From positions 40,610,001-40,674,000 of the forward strand of contig NC_043010.1 of assembly GCF_006345805.1 (NCBI RefSeq): a stretch of 64,000 bases of DNA. Direction: 5' to 3'. The notes under the pieces are model-generated. The model had not been told where the DNA came from. It worked only from the letters and a program-made list of their open reading frames with translations, and did no database searches. Every line of letters begins with the position of its first letter. The stretch's first letter is position 1. Position numbers and translations under genes: made by a program. Origin of the DNA: Octopus sinensis (lineage: Eukaryota). Shown piece by piece: positions 13,501-26,590 of this stretch.

Positions 13501-13922
13501 GTATTAGAGTCTCCTAACACTACTAGTGAATGCGACGTGGCTAGGAACTTTCCTAGGCCACGAAAATATTCAGTTTGCGGGCCAATAATGTTTGGTGCAT
13601 AAATAGCGACCAGCCTGATTGTCTTGCCACAACTGAATGTCAAGTCGAGAACGACCAGCCTGCCTTCTGGGTCAGAAAAAACCAACTTTTTCTCGGCTAC
13701 CCGGTTTCTTTTTAGTAGGACCAACACCCACCCCGCCCGACTCGGAGAAACGTATTTCTCGTAGCCGTTCAGGAGGGGGAGCAGATCTCTTGGCCCCTTC
13801 ACCCGGGTTTCCGTTGCAACAATTACATCCAAATTTCTCGACCTGATGTCATTCAGAAAGCGTACTTGCTTCCAGCTTGACAACAGGCCATGAACATTTA
13901 AACAACCAATGTGAATAGCCAT
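10530..13922 (-). pseudogene. Tx1/L1 ORF2 (AP endonuclease + reverse transcriptase + CCHC), frameshifted
   Basis: IGCLNVHGL, VATET, AIYAPN, LGDSN, YLDRI, YSDH, GSGYWKLN, KSPGLDG, NFRPITLLN, LDQSKAFDRVDH, VRQGCPLS, AFADD, CPRCGGDRETVPHAIVQC across ORF pieces. 3' boundary approximate. Confidence 0.92.
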
Positions 13923-13933
13923 CACTTACCTGT

Positions 13934-15447
13934 TTAATTAGGATTGTCCGGTGGAGGGGGACCCTCCACCTTTTTTTTATCCAGGGTCGGAGGTGGACGG
14001 TCTTGGGAAATAGATTTGTCAAAATCCCGTCTCACCACCGACACAGAATTATCAGGTGGAGGGGGAATCTCCACCTTTTCCTTTTCTCGCGGGATCGGAG
14101 CTGGTAATCCATGAAATATCGACTTGTTAAAATCTAATCTCAATGAAGATACAGTCTTTCTGTACTTATTTTGTAGAATTCTATAAGTCTTATTTTGAGA
14201 CTTCATATATGTCGTAATTGATAAATTCCTCTGAAAGGTTATCAATTTTTTTTACAGTCTTTATGAGTTGAATGTCTCTCATGAGCTCAGTATTTAGTGT
14301 ATACGGCTATTATGCCTTTTTCTTCTTTTTCTCTCTGGCAGTCTTTTTTGGTCGTTGTTCTGTAGTAGTCGCCGCTCTCGGCTGGGTTGCTGGTTGTATT
14401 TTTCTTTTGTTTGTTGTTTTTTTCTCATCTGTTTCTTCTTTATCTTCTCCTCTTTGTCTTTTTTCTCCTCTTCCTCCTCTTCTTCATTTCCTTGCAGTTC
14501 CTTCGAATGTGGCCTAATTGACCACAAAAAAACATCGAGGTTTTCGGCCCTCAACAAACACCACGAGGTTCTCCTCCCCTACCTCAATTGTCTCAGGAAT
14601 TGTTTGAATTATTTTAGGGTCCGCTTGAATGAGAAGATTAATTGTTTTACCATCCCAGCGTGGGTTTTCCGTAGCGGTAGCCTGGAGGAGAGTAATTTTT
14701 TCTACCTCTTTGATTAGGACTGCCGCCAACAACCACATAGGTTCGACCTCTGGCGGGACCCTTGTAATTTTTATTCGCGACGTCCTCATCCCCATATAAT
14801 AGGGTATTAACTCCACGTCGTTCGTTTTCAACGTTTCCACTGAGTTCTTGTGTGCTATTTCTTTATTGGTGAACCTTACTTCCACCGTTCCGAATTTTTT
14901 TCCTCTTCTCAGAAATACTACGTCGCCCAATATTGGCTTTAAGCACTTTTCTATTTTCTCTTCTGACATTCTTTCAATTTTTCTATTTTGTAGACAATAT
15001 GTTTTGAAAATTATTGTTTTTTGCTTTTCTTCCTGTAATAACTTTTGCGGAGGTTCAATTTTCACACTGTTGTCATTTATTTCCATCATTTTGCTGTATT
15101 TCATAATTTCGCTTTTATTCGTCGACAGTATATTGGGTTCCACCCCCAGCAGCCAACGCAAAACTTTTTTTTTCCTTTCTTTGGTTCTATCTGGATGCTA
15201 GGCACATCAATTATTCTCTTCGACACAATGCCTTGGTTCTCTGGCAAAGTCGGAAACTCTTCTGGTGAAAGTTCTGACGAGCTCTCAGACACATCTCCAA
15301 AAATATCAAATATATTATCCTCTCTGCTATTCCTTCTTGTAGCGGGGGAAACCCCTATTTCCTTGTCTGTAGTTGCTCCTCGCCGGACATGTATTTCCTC
15401 CTCTCAACAGGAGAAACAAGTATTTCTGCTCCAACGGTAGGCTCCAT
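13934..15447 (-). pseudogene. Tx1/L1 ORF1 (RRM-like region + zinc knuckle), frameshifted
   Basis: RTSRIKITRVPPEV and VFVEGRKPRC. Adding one T to the T-run near 14530 gives CFFCGQLGHIRRNC (CX2CX4HX4C). Lys/Glu-rich tail and a twice-repeated PPPPDN unit. Confidence 0.85.
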
Positions 15448-16282
15448 GCTAGACGACATTCTTCCCCCCAAAGGGGGAATGAACAACGCGTGCTACCACA
15501 AGCACTAAGTGTTTTCAATTGAAAACTCCAACAGTTAAGTTATTCAAAAGTTTAACAAGAAACAACAGTTGTTAACAATATTAACACCACGAAACAGCAA
15601 TTCTTACTTCACGAACACATGTGCGACAGACTGAATACGGCTACGCATTTCGCCCGGCGGTATTATTAAATTAATATCTAATTTTTCACCCTCATTTATG
15701 AATATATATATAAATATATATATGTGTGTGTGTATATATATATATGGTTAGATATTGATATATGCGGCGAGCGTTTTCAGTTTCCATATACCAAATCTAC
15801 ATACAAGGTCCGAGCCTCTAGTAGAAGACACTTGCCCAGTGTGCCATGCAATACAGCTGTACCCGGAACCATGAGGTTGAGAAGCAAACTTCTTACTACA
15901 CTCTTATACTAATATCAGGCTGCTGAAAAATATTCGAACCTTATGATAGTTTCAGTATGATTAAAGTAAATTAAATTAAACGCATAGATTAAAAACAAAA
16001 TTCAGAATAAATTACAAAAAGAAATACTTTAAAAAGTGATAAAAATAATCAAAAGTATTCAAATTACGTATTGTTAAAATTTACATAATGCTGATGGAGC
16101 TCGAGTCATTCATGTTACTTTTATTTCTGTTACTAAATATTAATTGGTGCTTTTGTTAGTAGAGCCGCCATTATTATGGTGTTCTTTATTACAATACAAA
16201 TCATTGCCACAGTCTTTATTTCTACTACTACCACTACTACCACTACCACCACCACCACCACCACTACTACTGCTACTGAGAA

Positions 16283-16637
16283 GGAGCATAGCTCTATGGT
16301 CAAAGCGTCTGGCTCACAATCATGAGGTAGTGAGTTCGATTCCCGGACCGGGTTGTGTGTATTGTTCTTCAGCAAGACACTTTAGTTCATGTTGCTCCAG
16401 TTCACTCAGCTGTAGAAAAGAGTGGTGACGTCACTGGTGCCAAGCTGTATCGGCTTTTACCTTTCTCTTGGATAACATCGGGGGCATGGAGAGGCGAGGT
16501 CGGTATGCATGGGTGACTGCTGGTCTTCCATAAACAACCTTGCCCGGACTTGTGCCTCAGAAGGTAAATTTCTTGGTACAATCCCGTGGTCATTCATGAC
16601 CACGTACGAATTACATTTAGGATAATAACAATGTTGA

Positions 16638-16672
<35 letters not shown>

Positions 16673-16712
16673 ATCCCGTGGTCATTCATGACCAAAGAGG
16701 GTATTTAGCCTT
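16283..16712 (+). mobile_element. tRNA-derived SINE family C with rearranged 3' end
   Basis: A box TAGCTCTATGG, B box GAGTTCGATTCC. Colinear with the reverse complement of 55790-56120. Confidence 0.85.
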
Positions 16713-17329
16713 TACTACTACTACTACTACTACTACTACTATCAACATTGTTATTATCCTAAATGTAATTCGTACGTTTCTTGATTGCTATTATAGTCTT
16801 TATAACAGTAAATTGTAGTAGAATGTTTGGTTATACTACAATAATTTCGATCATGATCAGATAAATACAGTTTCTAAATAGGTCTTCTCGTAAACCTCCC
16901 TGTCCTGCATACTCGTCATATATTTTTAGCATTCCTACTATATTTCTCCCTCAAAATATTCGCCCTTTCAGGCTGTGTGGTACGCCTCTGGTAAGGAACA
17001 GATAGAGTTCAGTTTTTCAATCTATTTTGAATCTTAGTGGATTAAATACGGTATCGACTAATACAGATTATGACAACATTGCCGAAATACGCAATTTACC
17101 CATCTATACGAAACGTGTGTAAGCTGATGAAAAGGGTTTCGGTTTATTTTTATTTATTTATTTATTTTTTGTCTACTACAGTCGGTGTCTCTATATTAAA
17201 TCTTTTAGGTGTTTCGGGTTTGAATTTACGAATTTGACAGACAGCAAAATATAAAGTTACGGACTAGGCGGATTATAATAGTTTTCACTGGACGTTTTAG
17301 TTAACCAACTTTGATACACACACACACAC

Positions 17330-17586
17330 ACATATATATATACACACACAAATATAGATATGTGCATATATGTGTATATATATATATGTGTGTGTATATA
17401 TGTATATATATATGTATATATGTATGTATGTATATATGTATGTATATATGTATGTATATGTATGTATATATATATATATATATATATATCTATGTATATA
17501 TATGTATGTATATATATATATGTATGCATATATATGTATGTATATATATATGTATGTATATATATATATGTATGTATATATATATG

Positions 17587-17624
<38 letters not shown>

Positions 17625-17883
17625 GATATATATATATATATGTATGTATATATATGTATATGCATATATATATATATGTATGTATATGCATATATATATA
17701 TATGTATGTATATGCATATATATATATATATGTATGTATCTATATATATATGTATATGCATATATATGTATATATGTATATGTATATGCATATATATATA
17801 TGTATATATATATATTATATATGTATATATATATGTATATATATATATATATAATATGTATGTATATATATACATGTATATAT
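17330..17883. repeat. (TA)n/(TATG)n/(TATGCA) microsatellite
   Basis: Direct inspection. Confidence 0.95.
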
Positions 17884-17983
17884 AACGGGAAGCTTTATGA
17901 AAATAGACAAAAGACGAAGGCAGGTGGAAAACAAACAAACAATTGTATTAGTATGGCGCTCAGAAAATATAAATAAAACAAGT

Positions 17984-18019
17984 CTTTAACGTTTCGAGCC
18001 TACGCTCTTCAACAGAAAA
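17984..18019 (-). ncRNA. Minimal hammerhead motif (A6U core variant) in a repeat spanning 17885-18080
   Basis: Minus strand TTTT-CTGTTGA-A-GAGC gtag GCTC-GAAA-CG-TT-AAAG. Same family as 63800-63996. Confidence 0.6.
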
Positions 18020-18077
18020 AAACAGAAAAAAACACAGAAAGAAGGAGAGAAAAAAATGCGTGCAGTAACTAACGAAT

Positions 18078-18116
<39 letters not shown>

Positions 18117-18225
18117 ATGTATGTATATATATGTATGTATGTATATATATGTATATGTAGGTCCCGGGTTGAGTCGGGGTTAACCACAGTAAATAAGGTA
18201 CTCAATACATAGCAGAGTAAATTAA

Positions 18226-18332
18226 TTTATTTATAGAAGGAGCTTCTACAAGACTAGAACTGTTTCATTCCTGATGATTTCATTTGAATGAAACAGTTCT
18301 AGTCCTGTAGAAGCTCCTTCTATAAAATAAAT
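18226..18332. repeat. Near-perfect hairpin (about 46-bp arms) with a hammerhead-like core at the apex
   Basis: ..AGAAGGAGCTTCTACAAGACTAGAACTGTTTCATTC ctgatgatttcattt GAATGAAACAGTTCTAGTCCTGTAGAAGCTCCTTCT.. Confidence 0.9.
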
Positions 18333-19060
18333 ATATATATATATGTATATATTTATGTATATATATATGTATGTATATATGTATGTATATATATATGTAT
18401 ATATATGTATGTATATATGTATGTATATATATATGTATGTATATATAATTTATGTATATATATATGTATGTATATATATGTATATATATATATGTATGTA
18501 TATATATGTATATATATATATGTATGTATATATATATGTATGTATGTATATATAATATATATATATGTATATATATATATGTGTATATATATGTATATAT
18601 ATATATATGTATATATATATTATATATATATATGTATATATATATGTATATATATATACGTATGTATATATATATATGTATATATAATATGTATATATAT
18701 GTATGTATGTATATATATATATATATATATATATGTACGTATGTGTATATATATATGTATATGCATATGTATGTATATATATGTATATGCATATGTATGT
18801 ATATATGTATATGTATGTATATGTATATATATGTATATGCATGTATATATATGTGTGTGTATATATATATGTATATGCATATATATATATAATATATATA
18901 TATATGTGTATGCATATATATATATGTATGCATATATATATAAATGTATGTATATATATATATGTGTGTATGCATATATATGTATATATATATATATGCA
19001 TATATATATGTATATATATATATATGCATATATATATGTATGTATATATATGTGTATATG

Positions 19061-19095
<35 letters not shown>

Positions 19096-19100
19096 TATAT
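18333..19100. repeat. (TA)n/(TATG)n microsatellite
   Basis: Direct inspection. Confidence 0.95.
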
Positions 19101-19284
19101 GACAAAATTAGAAAATGGAGAAACATACTTAAATCAATCAAACATCAACCAACAGATGATACCCAATCAATACTTTATTACACCATTACATAACAGTAAA
19201 GGCATTATACAAAATATATTATAAATATAATTAGACAAGGAATAGAAATATAAAATATAAAATATAATATGTAATTATATCATA

Positions 19285-19395
19285 TCTGACAGCTGTTTCG
19301 GCAGTAAGGGCAATCATGCCTCATTTAACCTATAAGCCATATAAGGCAGGTATAAATGAGACATTAACAAGGATGCCCCACGGCCTCTTCAGAGA
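19285..19395 (-). ncRNA. Type-I hammerhead ribozyme, canonical core, long stem II
   Basis: Minus strand TCT-CTGAAGA-GGC..(GGGGCA/TGCCCT, ATGTCTCATTTA/TAAATGAGGCAT)..GCC-GAAA-CAGCTG-TC-AGA. Palindromic stem III, GUC cleavage triplet. Confidence 0.85.
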
Positions 19396-19785
19396 ATTTA
19401 ATAAATTATAATTGTGAAAAAAGTTTTTTCATATACATATATATATAAAAATGTAAAATATAAAAACGTGTGCATAGACACCATAATACTACACATACAT
19501 ATATATATATATTCATTAATACAATAATACAAGATAAACAAAACAAAATAAAACAATATATATATCAATATATATTAGTAAGCACAATTATTCTACATAT
19601 TGAGCTAATAGTTCTAAAAGTTAACACACAGGAAAATATATGCACACTCACATTTAAATTAAAATCAGACTTATACATGAAAAATAATAATAAAAAACCA
19701 CATTTCAGTTCATAATATATATATGTATATGCATATGTATATGCATATATATACGTATATATATATGTTATATATATATATATGC

Positions 19786-19836
<51 letters not shown>

Positions 19837-20699
19837 GCTTATCTGTATATATACGCGCTCGCGTGTGTGTATGTGAGTATTTTTATGAATACAATGGTTA
19901 CATGAACTACTTCAAGTTCATGCTGGGGAACTGTTGTAATCGGACCTCTTTGTATAGCTTACCGAGAATGATCAGGAATGATTACTTGATTGTGCACGGT
20001 ACATTACACAAGCCTATCAGATTACTACACTTTCAGTGTATGGAACTTGCGGTACTTCACCTATAACTCTTGCCTTCATTAAATATATCTTTCTCGCTGA
20101 AATGAGAGCTATTTTGCTGATCGTACTAGCAACTGAACTGCACACTATAAACACACACACACACGCATATATATGATATATGTATTAAACATATGCATAT
20201 AGATTTATATATATGTGTGTGAGTATATATATATATATATTATATATATATATATATATATAACATACATATATTTAAATATATATATATATTACATATA
20301 CATACATTTAAATATATATATTATAATATATATATATATATATAAAACATACATATATTAAATATATATAAATATACATACATTTAAATATATATATTAT
20401 ATATGTATATAAAACATACATATATTTAAATATATATATATTATATATAATATACATCTATTTGAATATATATTATATATATATATATACACATGTACAT
20501 ATATGCTTATGCACATGTGTGTGGTGTGGGGGCCATGTTTTCAGTACATTGCCTACTTTTAAAAAGCCACATCAGACGCCATGATGGATCTAACTTGTAG
20601 GTACAAAAGGTGGTCAGGCTCTTCATAAGAATTAGACAACCACCGTATATATATATACATATATATACATGTATATATATACATACAATTAAACTCATA

Positions 20700-22907
20700 T
20701 ATATATATATATATGTGCGTGTGCGCGGCGATGTGAATAATACTGAGTTAATGTGGAAAATTAAAATGCGTCATCAAACATTTATAAGCATATTTTCTGT
20801 GTAATTAATTTGTTTCACTTCTTAACGTAAAGGAACAATAGCTTTATTCTGTGTATTTATAAGTATGAAAATAAAAGTATAAGCATAAAATCATGTTTAC
20901 AAATGTAAAAATTCGGGTAATTTGTTTACATCTTATACTTTAACCGAAAATATTTTGGTGTTCATATTCATAAACTAAGTTTGACAGGCATAACACAAAA
21001 GAAAAGGAAAGAAGGGGAAAACGGTATCACATGTGGCTTCCAAGTCTTTTGTGTTGAGAAGTTTTGTTATATACGTTTCGCTGTTCGTTTTGGCTAAAGG
21101 AGGCTTCCGTAGTAGAAGCAAAATGTCATGTGTTACTGAGTAAGAAATTGTTGAGGTTGATATTGATCTTTTTCGAAATTTGTGGTAATTTTCCCATCTG
21201 TGAAAGGCATATGTAGATTATTGGATTAAGGATGCAAAATCAAAACAAAACAGGCAAGATTATTCATGAAGTATTTGGCTACTAAATATATTATGAATTA
21301 TTTTACATATTTTGTTTTTGCACTCAAAACGTAATTGATAGCCTATCCAGCTACGGATTCCGGTTGAAAGAAACCCGGACTATGGTACGAATACAAAAGA
21401 CAGCTTCATTTTGAAGTTCAAACTACTGGTTACTTGTCATACAATTAACGTATAGTGTATGTCTTTTACTTATTTCTGTCATTAGACTGCGCAATGCTGG
21501 AGTACTTTAGTCAATTCATTTGATCCAATACACTTTTTAAAGCGTGGTAATAATTCTATCGTATTATTTGGCCAGAAGGCAAGTTACGTGGACGTCAACA
21601 CACCAACACCGGTTCTCAAGCGGTAGTAAAGGAGAAACAAACACGCAATGACACACATAAATACATACATACATATTATATATATATCTGCATACCTATA
21701 TATGCAGATATATATATGTATATATAAAAACATTGATTAGAGAACAAACATCAAATCCAGGCCAACGATTTTATATATATATGTGTGTGTGTGTGTGTGT
21801 GGTGTATGTGTGTGTATGTGTGTGTGCATGTGTAATATATATATATGTGCGTGTGCGCGGCGATGTGAATAATACTGAGTTAATGTGGAAAATTAAAATG
21901 CGTCATCAAACATTTATAAGCATATTTTCTGTGTAATTAATTTGTTTCACTTCTTAACGTAAAGGAACAATAGCTTTATTCTGTGTATTTATAAGTATGA
22001 AAATAAAAGTATAAGCATAAAATCATGTTTACAAATGTAAAAATTCGGGTAATTTGTTTACATCTTATACTTTAACCGAAAATATTTTGGTGTTCATATT
22101 CATAAACTAAGTTTGACAGGCATAACACAAAAGAAAAGGAAAGAAGGGGAAAACGGTATCACATGTGGCTTCCAAGTCTTTTGTGTTGAGAAGTTTTGTT
22201 ATATACGTTTCGCTGTTCGTTTTGGCTAAAGGAGGCTTCCGTAGTAGAAGCAAAATGTCATGTGTTACTGAGTAAGAAATTGTTGAGGTTGATATTGATC
22301 TTTTTCGAAATTTGTGGTAATTTTCCCATCTGTGAAAGGCATATGTAGATTATGTGGATTAAGGATGCAAAAATCAAAACAAAACAGGCAAGATTATTCA
22401 TGAAGTATTTGGCTACTAAATATATTATGAATTATTTTACATATTTTGTTTTTGCACTCAAAACGTAATTGATAGCCTATCCAGCTACGGATTCCGGTTG
22501 AAAGAAACCCGGACTATGGTACGAATACAAAAGACAGCTTCATTTTGAAGTTCAAACTACTGGTTACTTGTCATACAATTAACGTATAGTGTATGTCTTT
22601 TACTTATTTCTGTCATTAGACTGCGGCAATGCTGGAGTACTTTAGTCAATTCATTTGATCCAATACACTTTTTAAAGCGTGGTAATAATTCTATCGTATT
22701 ATTTGGCCAGAAGGCAAGTTACGTGGACGTCAACACACCAACACCGGTTCTCAAGCGGTAGTAAAGGAGAAACAAACACGCAATGACACACATAAATACA
22801 TACATACATATATATATATATATCTGCATACCTATATATGCAGATATATATATGTATATATAAAAACATTGATTAGAGAACAAACATCAAATCCAGGCCA
22901 ACGATTT

Positions 22908-22940
<33 letters not shown>
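20700..22940. repeat. Tandem duplication, unit about 1.13 kb
   Basis: GTGCGTGTGCGCGGCGATG at 20715 and 21847. The copies differ by a few 1-bp indels. Junctions lie in (TA)/(TG) tracts. Confidence 0.95.
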
Positions 22941-23488
22941 ATGTGTGTGTATGTGTGTGTGCATGTGTATATATATATATATGTGTAAATGTATATATAT
23001 GTGTGTGTATGTGTGGCTGTGTGCACATATGTATGTGTGTGTATGCGTATATATATATACGCATACACACACATATTTATATATATGAATGGATGGATGG
23101 ATGGATGGATGTATACACATACATTTACACAAACACACGAACCTGCATATTAAAAAAATTGTCAAGAGGGAAGAGGTGAGAGTGAAATCGATAGGAAGAA
23201 AGTGAGGCCTACATGGTATAGCCGCTAAGCATTATGCCGCTACGTAAATTATTCCCTGTTGCTATGTAGGTTGGCAGGCTATAGTGTTAACAGTTTTCAT
23301 AAAACACTGTTACGAAACCATTAGTGAGAAATTAAATTGATTTTCAGTATGGATTTCAATGCAAGTATCTAATGTTCACATGCAAATTAAAGTTTTCTTA
23401 CAATGCAACATGTATGTAATCGGCAGTTCAGTGTGCGAGCATTTGAATACTCCGAGGCTATGAATGATGTTTACATGCAGATGAATGC

Positions 23489-23573
<85 letters not shown>

Positions 23574-23645
23574 TGTATATATATCCATATACATAAAACA
23601 ATGTGAATACACACAACTTCAGATATATATTTACATAGAGCCCAA

Positions 23646-23676
<31 letters not shown>

Positions 23677-23959
23677 TATATATATTATATATATTCATAT
23701 ATAATATATAATATATATGTATGTATACAACCGTAGACAAACCTATATGAAATATATAAATTCATCCTTTGCACATGAAATTATATAGTAATATGCAAAA
23801 TAGTTCCCATATACATATACACATGTACACACGCACGCACGCATACACACACACACACACACACACACAATCACACACAAACGTACATTCCTAATTTCTT
23901 CCGTAGTTTCGTACATATGTTGTTCAAATATATCAAGCTATCCAAAAGTGAAATACCAC

Positions 23960-23970
23960 AACTACTACTG

Positions 23971-24004
<34 letters not shown>

Positions 24005-24091
24005 ACTACTACTACCGCTACTACTACTTCTACTACTATTATTATTACTATTAGAACTACTACTAAAATAATAATAATGATAATAATAGTA

Positions 24092-24122
<31 letters not shown>

Positions 24123-24175
24123 TAGTAATAATAAAAATAATAATAATAATAATAGTAATAATAATAATAATGATA
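23960..24175. repeat. (CTA)n followed by (TAA)n microsatellite
   Basis: Direct inspection. Confidence 0.95.
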
Positions 24176-24479
24176 AGCAGGTTAAGTGAATAAGTAAATG
24201 CAGTCTCAGTTGTTCACTTGCTTCTGTATGACCAAACAAGCGTGTGTCGGCTTTCGATTCCATTCAGTCATTATCAACTCAAATTACTCCGTTCTGTTTC
24301 GCCTAAAGGTGGAGCAAAACATACAATGAAAGAAAGTAAAAAAGACAAAGGTAATCTTTGAACTACTTTTCAGCTTTCTGTGTCTCCCGTTGCATATTAT
24401 TGACTCGGCAATATTGACTCTTTGCTATTCACCACAACGAGGCACGTAAGCTTAGAGAAAATAAAAAAAAATTTAAAAA

Positions 24480-24511
<32 letters not shown>

Positions 24512-24856
24512 TCCTAGTTGCTTTGTCTACTTCCTTATATATGTTGTGTGCAGGAGTGTGAGCATGTTCGTTCGTTCGTTCGTTCGATCGTTAGTGTATA
24601 TGAGTGTGCGGTTGATGAGGCAAGTGTGAAGTATGTGGGTGGAATGTGTAGGTGGAGTGAGCGGGTGTGGGTAGTGTGTGCTAGGAGTATGTGTGTGGCA
24701 TGCGCGGGCGTAAGTGTTTGTGTAATATACAGAGGCATATGTGTGTGTATTCATATATATATATATATATATATATATAGGTGAGAAAGTTGGTGTGTGA
24801 AAGAACGTGGTCTTTTCACTTTTTACTATTTTCTATATATATATATATATATACAT

Positions 24857-25472
24857 ATTAAAAGTAAAGGTGGAATATGCACCTCTTTGCTAGAAAGAAG
24901 AGTTCAAGCTCTCCAAAGCCACGCATCTCTCACTATATGTAAACATGCTCGAAGAATTTAGCAAATATACTGGAAAAAAATATTCGTGCCCGTTTGTAAA
25001 ACTACAAAGTGAAGGGTAGATATTCCAGTATCAATTGATTTCGCTCTCTCCACTGAATTGACACTTAAAGCTCATCAGCTTGCGTATTACATAAGCTATT
25101 GTTTAAAATATATTTATCACTCCGTACGCGTCGGATAACTTATTTGAACTTTGAATTTATACTTACTCGCCTATGTTCGTTTGGAAGTCGCGGGGCCTTT
25201 AATTGAAAAATTGCAGACGGCATGGTAAATATATTAAATTTTTTTTTTTTTATGTAGCTTTTTTTTTCACCTAGCTGGTGAAATTTAAGTGTCAATTCAG
25301 CAGAGAAAGTGAAATCAATTGATACTGGGATATTACAAATGGGGACGATTATGTTTTTAAATGTATTTGTTACATTCTCTGTGCGTGTTCACATACAATG
25401 ATCGATGCGTGGCTTTGGATAGTTTCAACTCTTCCTTCTAGCAAACGGGTGCATATTATACCCTGATTTAAA
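24857..25472. mobile_element. Decayed foldback/MITE with about 220-bp inverted arms
   Basis: AATATGCACC..TTTGCTAGAA..CCAAAGCCACGCATC..CCAGTATCAATTGATTTC..CTGAATTGACACTTAAA is mirrored at 25273-25460. Confidence 0.8.
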
Positions 25473-25591
25473 TATATACTTTGCCTATTTGGATTATACT
25501 CACTGGCCAATTTTCTTTATTTTTAAAGATATATGTATGTATGTATTCAAATGCATATATATTTCTGTATATATCTATAAACACCTATATA

Positions 25592-25622
<31 letters not shown>

Positions 25623-26149
25623 GTAATAATAATACTAATATTAGGGAGTATAAATCCAAACTTACTGGGAAAAATTCAATTTAGTATTAAATCAAATTTC
25701 ACAATATATAAAATATAAATTAGAGATTAAACCACTATTATGCAACGCAAACAATGATAGACATAAACCAAAACATAAATAACAAATAAAGTATATTTTT
25801 ATAAAACATAACTAGATCACAAAAAGTATAAAAGTGAATAATCAATATAGAATATATATATATAGTCTGTCCCAGATGTATGCACGTTTTAAATGCTGAG
25901 TAAATTTTCATTTCTTTTTATATTTCTCCCATTAGAAATAGTCTTTTTCTAATTTTGGTTGGAGGCCAGCTTTCAAAGCCTATGTGATTCACATTTTCCC
26001 TAGTGGTTAAGTGGTACTTATTTTATAGAAGATGATGAAAGACAATGCCGATCTCAGGGGCACTTAAACTCATAACATAAAGAGCTGAAAGAAATGTCGC
26101 TAAGGGCGTGTTGGGAAAATTTTGAACCTGGGTTCTCATTCTTAAGGTA

Positions 26150-26191
26150 TTGTTTGATGTTATTATTATTATTATTATTATTATTACATAT

Positions 26192-26239
<48 letters not shown>

Positions 26240-26436
26240 CATATATAATATACATATATATATATACATATATATATATACATATATATATATCATATAT
26301 ATATATACATTATATATATACATATATATATATACATATTATATATATACATATATATATATATACATTATATATATACATTATATATATATACATATAT
26401 ATATTACATATATATATATACATATATATATACATA

Positions 26437-26484
<48 letters not shown>

Positions 26485-26590
26485 CATATATATATATATA
26501 TATATATATAAATATATATGTATATATACACATACATATATCTATCTCTCTATATATATATATAGATATTTATATTTATATATATACTTA
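26150..26590. repeat. (TA)n/(TACA)n microsatellite
   Basis: Direct inspection. Confidence 0.95.

Larger units (their letters stand above)
10292..15633 (-). mobile_element. Near full-length Tx1/L1-clade non-LTR retrotransposon
   Basis: 5' UTR, ORF1, ORF2 (APE-RT-CCHC) and a 3' UTR ending GGCCCCCGGTGGGCAATAAAGAAATT. AATACG duplicated at 10286-10291 and 15634-15639. Confidence 0.93.

Noticed and set aside
17108-17135. GAAAC..GTA..CTGATGA permuted hammerhead
   Set aside because: Only 2 nt are available for stem I and there is no stem II partner.
17257-19193. Long ORFs rich in Y/I/M/C/H/T (also near 7.5, 8.5, 26.3, 29.8, 35.3, 45.0 and 63.5 kb)
   Set aside because: Translations of (TA)/(TATG)/(CA) microsatellites that lack stop codons.
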